DNA from: Acidobacteriota bacterium
GTDB taxonomy: Bacteria > Acidobacteriota > UBA890 > WLXD01
DNA length: 64,000 bases
Direction of reading: 5' to 3'
NCBI GenBank assembly: GCA_963666215.2
Contig: CAXWPL010000005.1
Coordinates: 768,001 to 832,000, forward strand
The position numbers were made by a program, and so were the translations under genes. This document shows, piece after piece, positions 9,311-17,337 of this stretch. The notes under the pieces are model-generated. The model saw only the letters and a program-made list of their open reading frames with translations, was not told where the DNA came from and searched no databases. How positions within the stretch are numbered: position 1 is the stretch's first letter; every line of letters begins with the position of its first letter.

Positions 9311-10168
9311 ATGAAGACGGCTGGCCTCCAGGGCCTGACGGTAGACTGTCAGGAGATACTCCAACTATTGAAACGGCTCCACCACGAGTCGCGGGCGCAT
9401 CTCGACCGTCTCTGGTCTCAGTCCCGAGTCGATCCCGGGGCCATAGTTGGCGTCAACGCCAAAGGCGACCAGCAGAGGCAATTCGACGTCGCTGCGGACC
9501 GATGGGTTCGACGCTGGCTCACCGAGCACTACGACAGCGGGATCGTGGTATCGGAGGAGGAAACCGAAGCGCTCGAGCTCGGCAACGGACAGAATGGATA
9601 CCGGTTCGTCGTCGATCCCGTCGACGGCTCGGACAATTACGCGCGCGGCCTGCCGCTTTCCGCGCTGTCGATCGCCGTCCTCCCGCGCCAGGCACCCCTG
9701 TGTACCGATCGAGTCGTCTACGGGCTGGTCGGTGACGTCTCTGATGGTGATCCCATCGTGGCGACAAGAGGCCAGGGTGCATATCGGGGCGGCCAGCGAC
9801 TACGCACTTCGCGGACGCATTGCCTTCGAGACGCTGTGCTGTCCTGCGAGCTGAATCATTGGGCGCCCGGCGGCTCTCTGGCCACGACCCTGGAAGGCTG
9901 TGCGGGCGTGCGTGCCTACGGCTGTGCATCGCGTGCGCTTGGCTTGGTAGCGGCAGGTGCGCTGGACGCCCATATCGACGTTAGGAACCGATTGACGCCC
10001 GAGAGTTTTCTCGCGGCTTCATTCCTCGTCACCGAGGCGGGTGGACACGTCTGTCGTCTCGACGGTGAGGCTCTCGGTCCATTCCAATCGTTACAGGATC
10101 GCACGACCCTCGTCGCCGCATCGACGAGAGAGCTTGGGGAGGAGATTCTCCATGCCCTCGCTGCATAG
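9311..10168 (+). CDS. Inositol monophosphatase / FBPase family protein
   Basis: VSEE, VVDPVDGS, EAGG motifs. Confidence 0.85.
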   Translation: MKTAGLQGLTVDCQEILQLLKRLHHESRAHLDRLWSQSRVDPGAIVGVNAKGDQQRQFDVAADRWVRRWLTEHYDSGIVVSEEETEALELGNGQNGYRFVVDPVDGSDNYARGLPLSALSIAVLPRQAPLCTDRVVYGLVGDVSDGDPIVATRGQGAYRGGQRLRTSRTHCLRDAVLSCELNHWAPGGSLATTLEGCAGVRAYGCASRALGLVAAGALDAHIDVRNRLTPESFLAASFLVTEAGGHVCRLDGEALGPFQSLQDRTTLVAASTRELGEEILHALAA

Positions 10169-11744
10169 AGTTCCACCTGCAGAAACGACCACTCCGCTGG
10201 CCGTGATCCTTGCGGCCGGCAAGGGGAGACGATTGCGGGGCGCTCGTTCGCCCGTGCCCAAACCACTTGTCCGCTTGCGAGGTCTTTCGATCGCCGAGAG
10301 ATCGATAGCACAACTGCTCACGGCCGGTATGGAGCGATTTGTCATCGTTCTTGGGTGTGATGCAGCGCTTGTCCAGCACGAATTCGAGCGCGTTGCAAGA
10401 CGACGACGGTGCCATATCTCTTTTGTTGAGGCCGAGAACTGGGAACAAGGCAACGGCTGTTCCGCGGTCGCTGCTGCTCCTTTGGTCGGCGATAGCCCGT
10501 TTCTCCTGACCATGGTCGATCACTTGCTACCCCCGGAGATGATCCGGAAGGTGCTGGCTGATCCGCTGACACAGGACGAAGTAGCGCTCGCCGTCGATCA
10601 TGATACCGACAAGGTGTTCGACCCTCCCGATCTCACGAAAGTGGAGGTGTCCGGAGGGTATATCGCAGCGATTGGAAAAGACCTCACGGGTTGGAACGCG
10701 GGCGACACGGGGCTGTTTTACTGTTCATCAAGGCTATTCGAGGGGCTGGCGAGAGCGCACAAGCAGGGCAAGTTTTCGTTAACGGACGGGATCCGAGAAT
10801 GCGTTGCACAGGGTGGGGTTCGTGCGATCGATGTGACCGGTGCGCGTTGGCTCGATGTGGACACTCCGGAAGCATTGCAGGAGGCAGTGCACCGGATCGA
10901 CACGACCATGGCGAAAGGGGGAGAAGATGGCTTCATCTCCCAATATATAAACCGCCCGCTCTCCCGTCGCCTTTCGGTGGCTCTGTCGAAAACGCTGCTG
11001 ACACCCAATCACATCACACTGCTCTCCTTCTTTATGGGGCTGATTGGCGCCGTCGGTTTGGCCACCACGGACCGGTGGTTTTGGATCGCCGGAGCGATAC
11101 TCATTCAGATCGCCTCTATCGTGGATGGGTGCGACGGTGAGATCGCGCGGATCAAGTTGCTTCAAAGTCCACAAGGCGCCTGGCTCGATACGGTGTTGGA
11201 TCGGTATTCTGACGTGGCGATCGGGCTTGCCGTGACATTCGCCGCTTCACAACTGCACGACGCGGCTTGGGTTTGGCCAGCCGGCTTTGCTGCAACGGCC
11301 AGCTTCCTCATGGCGAGCTATGTCACCAAGGAATTCCAGATTCGGTTTCAACGTCCGTATCCCAATAATCTCGTAAACAAGGTCAAGCGTCGTGATCTTC
11401 GAATCCTCGTCATCGCCATTGGTTCAGTGCTGGGACACCCGCTGACGGCGCTGCTGGCCATCGGCTCCTTGACCCACATGGCTGTGCTGCAGATCCTCGT
11501 CTCTGGCTGGCGCACTCGTCATGGTTTGCCACCTGCGGTGACGTCATTCCTGAACCCCAGACGAGCCAGCGTTGAACTCCTCACGGATATCGTCGTTGGC
11601 ACCAAGCGTGGCGATGCCATACACTCTCCGACCGCGCTTTCAACCGGCGGGCAACCGGGTGCGTTGGCAGCCGAACCTCTCGAGCACGGCGCAATCAGGT
11701 TGTCAGGTACAAGTGACGCGGGGCTACGCAAGGGGAAGCCATGA
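10152..11744 (+). CDS. Bifunctional IPCT/DIPPS-like protein (inositol-1-phosphate cytidylyltransferase + CDP-alcohol phosphotransferase)
   Basis: AVILAAGKGRRL/PKPL nucleotidyltransferase domain; TPNHIT and DGCDGEIAR..GAWLDTVLD CDP-alcohol phosphotransferase signature; ATG at 10152 after GGAGGAG. Confidence 0.88.
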   Translation: MPSLHRVPPAETTTPLAVILAAGKGRRLRGARSPVPKPLVRLRGLSIAERSIAQLLTAGMERFVIVLGCDAALVQHEFERVARRRRCHISFVEAENWEQGNGCSAVAAAPLVGDSPFLLTMVDHLLPPEMIRKVLADPLTQDEVALAVDHDTDKVFDPPDLTKVEVSGGYIAAIGKDLTGWNAGDTGLFYCSSRLFEGLARAHKQGKFSLTDGIRECVAQGGVRAIDVTGARWLDVDTPEALQEAVHRIDTTMAKGGEDGFISQYINRPLSRRLSVALSKTLLTPNHITLLSFFMGLIGAVGLATTDRWFWIAGAILIQIASIVDGCDGEIARIKLLQSPQGAWLDTVLDRYSDVAIGLAVTFAASQLHDAAWVWPAGFAATASFLMASYVTKEFQIRFQRPYPNNLVNKVKRRDLRILVIAIGSVLGHPLTALLAIGSLTHMAVLQILVSGWRTRHGLPPAVTSFLNPRRASVELLTDIVVGTKRGDAIHSPTALSTGGQPGALAAEPLEHGAIRLSGTSDAGLRKGKP

Positions 11745-11857
11745 CGGGTTCCGAGGTTGGCAGGCTAGAGTGCCTTGCACCACTGGCCTTGTGCTGCCGT
11801 TTTACGCGAATGTCTTTTCCTTGTATTTTCCGGCAGCACGATCGGTAGGTTTTCAAC

Positions 11858-13241
11858 ATGCCCCGTCTTCGGACTAGGATCCAGGCGTCGCCGCTAGCAC
11901 CCGGGCCGTCGCGCGCCTGGCTAGATGCCCCGACCCGGTTCGGAGGGGTATCGAAGTTTCTCCGCATAGAACGCCCATCTCAACTGGCCTTCTGGATCCT
12001 CTTTGCTGCGATTGCCTCCCTCATACTCTTCGTTCGGATAACCAATGTGTTCAACTACCATCCTGTCTTCGCAATATATGGGGCGGTAGTTGGAGCGCTT
12101 ATCATCTCCCGCTATGTGTTCTTTGCATTGTACAACCCCCCCCTTCTCCAGCCTGACCTTTACGAACCCTGCTGTACTTATTCCTGCCAAGAATGAATCA
12201 ATGGGGATATACGCGACGGCACGCTCTCTTGCCGAGCAGGACTATCCAAGCGAGAAGTTGACAGTGGTCCTGATCAACGATGGAAGCACCGACGACACCC
12301 GCTACTGGATCGATCGCGCATCCACCGACTTTGGCTTCAAGGTCATCGACCTAGTCGAGAACAAAGGGAAGAGGGACTATCCGCGATAGCGATGGAAGCA
12401 CCGACGAAGGGATGAAGGTACATCGATGCCGAAGGTCACTGTCACTGTCTTGGTTGATAGCGACGTTCAGCTCGATCGCGATGCGCTTCGCCAGATCCTG
12501 AGGGGCTTTTGCTCTCCGCGGATCGCGGCTGTCTGTGGACACACGGATGTCGAAAACCATGAAGTCAATTGGTTGACAAAAATGCAGACGCAACAGTACT
12601 TCATTGCGTTCAGAGCATTTCGGGCGCTCGAAGGTCATTTCCGCAGCGTCATCTGCTGCTCTGGAGCATTCAGTGCATACCGCACGAGTGTTCTCAGGAG
12701 AGTCATGAAGCGGTGGTTGGGCCAGACCTTCTTGGGCGTGAAGCGGACCTTCGGAGACAATCGAGGCTTGACGAATCTGATCCTGCAAGACAGCCTCGAT
12801 ACGATTTATGTACCTGTTGCCAAGGCGAGGACGATCGTACCCGAGACGCTCTCCAAGTATATGAAGCAACAGATACGATGGCGTCGATCTTTCATCATCG
12901 AAGCGATCATCGGTGCCAGGCACATGTGGAGGAGACCCCTGGTCGCCGCAATGGCATTCTATAGCCTTCTTCTGGTGTCCTCGATGGCTCCCGTCATAGT
13001 GGGGTACTTCCTCGTGCTCGGACCGATCACTGGGCAGGTGAATCCGGTGGGCTATTTGATCGGGCTGTCCCTTGTCGTGATGCTACACCAGACTTTCTAC
13101 TGGGCATTCCAGCTGCCACCTGCCAAGAAAGTGGGTTTCCTATCGTTGATGCCGATGCTGCCGATGTGGATCGCGGCGTCGTTGCTCATGCTACCTTGGG
13201 CTATGGTTACACTCCGAAGAACAGGCTGGGGCACGCGCTAG
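11858..13241 (+). pseudogene. Frameshifted hyaluronan-synthase/NodC-like processive GT2
   Basis: Three consecutive fragments: TM helices (11858-~12170); IPAKNE..NDGSTD..NKGKR (~12170-12375); VDSD..CCSGAFSAYR..GDNR..QQIRW..TGWGTR (12426-13241). Confidence 0.8.
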
Positions 13242-13595
13242 CAGAGATACTTGGTGCCCTGGAGACGCTCGTCGCCTTTCTGTCCGTGCAAGGCAAGGCG
13301 CCGTCCAGAGTCTCTTCGAGCTGAGCCGGCACCGACTCGGATCCGCGAACTACCGGGTGCTTCGGACTCGCGCCTTTGGGACCTGGAGCGAGGCAGTCAC
13401 CGCATAGGACAACCCGGCTCCAGGGCTCGCTCAGAAGGGAATCGTGGTCCGAGGCCGGGCAGCCGGCACAGGCGGAAGTGACGTGAATGACGTGAGGCCA
13501 GCGACGTTAGTACCACCTCTTATCTCATTAACTTCGGCGCTTTAGCCGAAGGTTGCGCGGTTATCCAGTGTGACGGTGTAGCCGGTAGGTTCCGG

Positions 13596-15710
13596 CTAGG
13601 GTATGTGCGTGATTCGCCAGGCCGCAACGGTTGCGACGGCTGCGACTGCTACGAAGATCAACAGCGCAATCAACCAGCGCGCAGTCTGGCGGCCGCGGAC
13701 TCCCTTCGGGTAGGGCGGTCGCGTGGTGAATGTAAGCGCCTGGCGCTGGGTGAGCCGCATTCGGGTATTGATCGCCCATCCACTGCCTTCGAGAATCGCG
13801 CTCAGGTCTCGCTGGCGCAGCTTGACAAACGCCCGAATCGTCGCGGGCAACATCAGAACGAGCATCGTTCCCATTACACCGAGTAGGATACCCAACGGGT
13901 CTTCCGCGATTTTCTCGCTCACATAAGCCACCGACGACAGAAGCGCTGCCACCGCTATCCCACCGCCCATCAGCATACCGCCGACCGCCGCTCCCGCGGC
14001 TGGAGTCGCGGGTGGCTTCCCGGCCGTGCTCACGGCAGACATGGCTTGCTCCGCGCTTTCGTCGAACTGCTCTTCCGTGGAGCTGATCAGCGAATCGATC
14101 TTGCGCGTGAATATTTTCGCGAGCCGCCGGTAGGGCGCAGTAATCGCTCCGCCGAGGTCGATCGGGTTGTCGATGATCTGCAGGATGCGCGCGTCCCAGT
14201 GCCGCCCCTCGATGTCTTCGAAGATGCCTCGCTTGCCCACGCACAGGTTCCCCGGACCGCCAGCCGTCACCGGTACCGCCACGCAGGGCCGTTCCTCCGA
14301 ACCTTGCCGCACAAGCTCCAAGTACATAACGTAAATGCTGCTGGTAGCCGCGAGCTTGGCGTGCTCAGCGGGATCGCTCACCTTGACGGCGAAGTTGAAG
14401 CGTCGGCCATCGACAATCGAGGTGCCCATCTCGAACACTGCACGTCGCTCTGGATCGTACAAATCGGGGAAGCTGATGAAGTTGTTGGCCAGCTGCAGGA
14501 GATTGGCCTGAAACAGTATTAACTTTTCCAAGGCGCGAATGTTGTCCAAGACGAACCGGGTTTGCTTGCTCTGCGCAATGAGACCGCGCACCGTGTCGGC
14601 GGTACGCGCCTTGAGGTAGTGTCGAATTCTCTCCGGACCCAGCGCTGCTAGCTCGGTGCCGCGTTGGTCGCTCAACCAGCTTTCATAGGCAGCGAACATC
14701 TGCTTCGTTTGCTGCCACTGCTGGTGGGTAAGCTGGTCTCCGTTGCCGAGCATCGGCCCTACAACGTGTTCGCGCAGGCGCGCGATCGAATCCGCGTACC
14801 ACAGGTTGATCGACTCGTCGAAGCGGAGCGTGCGCTCAGCGCTGGGTCGGTTCAGCGCAGCGCGCTGCAGCAGTGCGCGGAGATCCGCGAGGTCAGCAAA
14901 GTCAGTTTGGTCGTTGTCAACGGTGCCGGTGATGCGGTCCGCCAGGCGATCGTCGAGCTTTACCGCCTCGCATTGGGCGAAGTACTCGTCGATCTTTTCG
15001 CGAATGCCGGCGAACGCGGCAAACGCCGCGGAGGTTGCGGGGCCCAGCGGCAGAATCTCTGTGGAACTGTGTTCGTCTGACGCCCTGCCCTGCGCATCCC
15101 AGGCCAGGTAGGCCTCGGCACTGGCAAGGAACTGACCGAGGTGCTCCTCGTCCAGCCCCATGGCGCCACTCGGATGCTCAACTCCCCCCACCGTGGCGGT
15201 CAGATCTTCGACAAACTGTCGGATGCTGCGGTCGTCTGTGGCCTGGGGCAGAACGATGCCCGCTTCGCTCACGGGCATGCCTTCGATCTGTAGACGAACT
15301 TGCCGTACTTGGTCGAGCGAAACGTGGGTGGCGCCCTCATTCGCTTGTTGCAAGAGAAGCTGGGTCGCTGCCTCATGGGCTCGTTTTCCATCCTCGGCTC
15401 GCGTGTTGATTGAGGCCAGCGCCAGCGATTCATCACCGGCGTCGAGGCCGCGAAAGTCGCACAACACCTCCAGACACCAACGGATGGCATCCTTGAGCTC
15501 CGGTGGTTTGAGCCGGCCGTCGTGGTCGCTATCGACGAGCTTCAGAAATAGGGCGTCGAGGTGAAGTGTGTCGACGGGAGCGCTGGTTGCGACCCAAAGA
15601 GCCTCGTTGAGGTCCAAGGCGATGCGCAAATCGACAGCCGTAACGATGTCGAGTTGGTAGGTTCGCCCAATTTTAGTGAATCTCGCAGAGGGCGATGACG
15701 CTTGCTTCAA
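13596..15710 (-). CDS. Uncharacterised membrane protein with N-terminal EF-hand-like loop
   Basis: Long ORF; likely TTG start at 15710 after GGGGAG; DSDHDGRLKPPE loop; C-terminal hydrophobic segments. Confidence 0.75.
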   Translation of the reverse strand: MKQASSPSARFTKIGRTYQLDIVTAVDLRIALDLNEALWVATSAPVDTLHLDALFLKLVDSDHDGRLKPPELKDAIRWCLEVLCDFRGLDAGDESLALASINTRAEDGKRAHEAATQLLLQQANEGATHVSLDQVRQVRLQIEGMPVSEAGIVLPQATDDRSIRQFVEDLTATVGGVEHPSGAMGLDEEHLGQFLASAEAYLAWDAQGRASDEHSSTEILPLGPATSAAFAAFAGIREKIDEYFAQCEAVKLDDRLADRITGTVDNDQTDFADLADLRALLQRAALNRPSAERTLRFDESINLWYADSIARLREHVVGPMLGNGDQLTHQQWQQTKQMFAAYESWLSDQRGTELAALGPERIRHYLKARTADTVRGLIAQSKQTRFVLDNIRALEKLILFQANLLQLANNFISFPDLYDPERRAVFEMGTSIVDGRRFNFAVKVSDPAEHAKLAATSSIYVMYLELVRQGSEERPCVAVPVTAGGPGNLCVGKRGIFEDIEGRHWDARILQIIDNPIDLGGAITAPYRRLAKIFTRKIDSLISSTEEQFDESAEQAMSAVSTAGKPPATPAAGAAVGGMLMGGGIAVAALLSSVAYVSEKIAEDPLGILLGVMGTMLVLMLPATIRAFVKLRQRDLSAILEGSGWAINTRMRLTQRQALTFTTRPPYPKGVRGRQTARWLIALLIFVAVAAVATVAAWRITHIP

Positions 15711-15780
15711 GGGCTTTCTCCCCTGCCCGTAATGATGATGAGCAGACCAAATAAGCGAGCGAGGCAACCACACGCCACGG

Positions 15781-15975
15781 GGGATGTCCCACCGTCCGTT
15801 GAACTAAGGCGACGGTGAAGTGGTTGGGGATTGTTACGCAGTACGGCGCTCCTGTTCAAGGGGGAGGTCGACGGCAGCGCGTAGAGCAGCATCGAGCTTG
15901 GCGATGTCGCGGTAGCCACGGACCACGCGGAAGGGGCTCTCGGCCTCAGCGCTACCAGCGATGACCAACGGTTCT
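15781..15975 (-). mobile_element. IS256-family remnant (transposase C-terminus plus terminal repeat)
   Basis: Minus strand reads VIAGSAEAESPFRVVRGYRDIAKLDAALR..* and then an IS256-like end (GGGATGTCCC..GTTGAA on + at 15781). Confidence 0.6.
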
Positions 15976-16010
15976 AGCTAGAGCGCCTGCTGGCCGAACC
16001 GAAGCCTTAG

Positions 16011-17337
16011 CAGGCTGCTGAAAAACGGCTCACGAGTGTCGATCCGGTCCCCGAGCGGCAGCGTGGAGTAGGCATGGCGCGCACCGTTGAAGGGGGGGGC
16101 GGTCGCAAACGACCCTTCGCTCGTCACCGCGAGGGCCGGTTTGGCACTCCGGGGTCCCACTGCCTTCACGTCAGCGCCTCGAGATTGCGTATTCTCACCA
16201 AGGTGAACGCCGCCGCGGTGAAGACGAACATCCAGCCGACGCGGTCGACCCCTCGGTGCTTCGTCTTGCGGATCAGTCCGACTGTCTTTCCCCAGCCGAA
16301 GACCTGCTCGACGAGCTTGCGTTTGACCTGGCTTTGCTTATAGCCGGCGTGCCTCGTTGTGCGGCCATCGATCGCGCTGCGTCTGTTGGTGTCGTTCTGC
16401 GCCACATGCGGCGTGACGTTCCGATCTCTTAGCTTGCCGACGCACTTCTTGGTGTCGTAGTTCTTGTCGCCACCCATCGTCACGCGATCTGTGCCGCGGA
16501 TCTCGCCGGCCATCTTCACCGCCGAATCTCGTTCCGCGGTGCCTGAAGCCTTCGTCACCAACGCGTTGGTCGGCAGCCCGTGGCGGTTGTCGACTACCAG
16601 GTGGCCCATGTAGCAGAGCTTCGCCTCGGATCCCTTGCTCTTCCTATACAGGCGGGCGTCAGGATCCGTTCTCGAGGCGTGAGTGTCGCTCTTTCGCCGC
16701 TGACCGCGGAAATCGACGTCCGGGTTGCGACCGCCACTACCCGGTGGATCCTGTCGCTCGCTCGGGTCTTTGGGCTGGTAGCTCTTGTGCGATGCCCACG
16801 CTTCGATCAGCGTTCCGTCCACGGTGAAGTGCTCGTCGCTCAGCAGTCCGCGCTGCCGCGCTTGCTCCACGACTTGCTCGAAGAACACTTCGGCAACCTC
16901 GCCACCGAGCACCCGGTCTCGGTTCTTGGTGAACACCGTGGCATCCCACACCGCATCGTCCATGTTCAAGCCCACGAACCAGCGGAATAGCAGGTTGTAG
17001 TCGAGCTGCTCCATCAGCATCCGCTCGGAGCGGACCGTGTACAACACCTGTAGCAGCAACGCCCGCAGCAGCTTCTCCGGCGGGATCGACGGTCGCCCAG
17101 TGTGCGAGTACATGCCGTCGAACAGAGGCGACATCCGCTCCAGAACGTCGTTGACAATCTTCAGTAGCGGCCGCAGCGGATGCTCCTTCGGTACCCTCTG
17201 CTCGGGCGAGATATAGCTGAACGCTGCCACTTGACCCGCGTCTTCACCACGCATCTGCTCACCTCGTCGATGCTTCCGGTTGGCACGGGGCTGCATGGGT
17301 CAAGCTACATGAACAGCGGGAGTTTTTCAGCAGCCTG
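16011..17337 (-). mobile_element. IS5-family insertion sequence, copy 2 (1327 bp)
   Basis: Same 16-bp TIRs as copy 1 (16011-16026 / 17322-17337). Confidence 0.92.
16166..17254 (-). CDS. IS5-family DDE transposase
   Basis: Near-identical to 5446-6534 (17 aa differences counted by eye). Confidence 0.93.
   Translation of the reverse strand: MRGEDAGQVAAFSYISPEQRVPKEHPLRPLLKIVNDVLERMSPLFDGMYSHTGRPSIPPEKLLRALLLQVLYTVRSERMLMEQLDYNLLFRWFVGLNMDDAVWDATVFTKNRDRVLGGEVAEVFFEQVVEQARQRGLLSDEHFTVDGTLIEAWASHKSYQPKDPSERQDPPGSGGRNPDVDFRGQRRKSDTHASRTDPDARLYRKSKGSEAKLCYMGHLVVDNRHGLPTNALVTKASGTAERDSAVKMAGEIRGTDRVTMGGDKNYDTKKCVGKLRDRNVTPHVAQNDTNRRSAIDGRTTRHAGYKQSQVKRKLVEQVFGWGKTVGLIRKTKHRGVDRVGWMFVFTAAAFTLVRIRNLEALT

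Larger units (their letters stand above)
5293..17337. mobile_element. Composite transposon bounded by two direct-orientation IS5-family elements
   Basis: Outer flanks both read CTAA (5289-5292 and 17338-17341); inner flanks differ (CTAG, TTAG); cargo visibly more AT-rich than the host. Confidence 0.8.

Noticed and set aside
11858-13241. GT2 as a Thermotoga-type mannosyl-DIP synthase
   Set aside because: It has a multi-TM, processive QxxRW hyaluronan-synthase/NodC architecture; no specific similarity to the Thermotoga enzyme can be shown by eye
13242-13595. Intergenic stretch in the cargo examined for ncRNA or element ends
   Set aside because: No recognisable structure, terminal repeat or credible ORF
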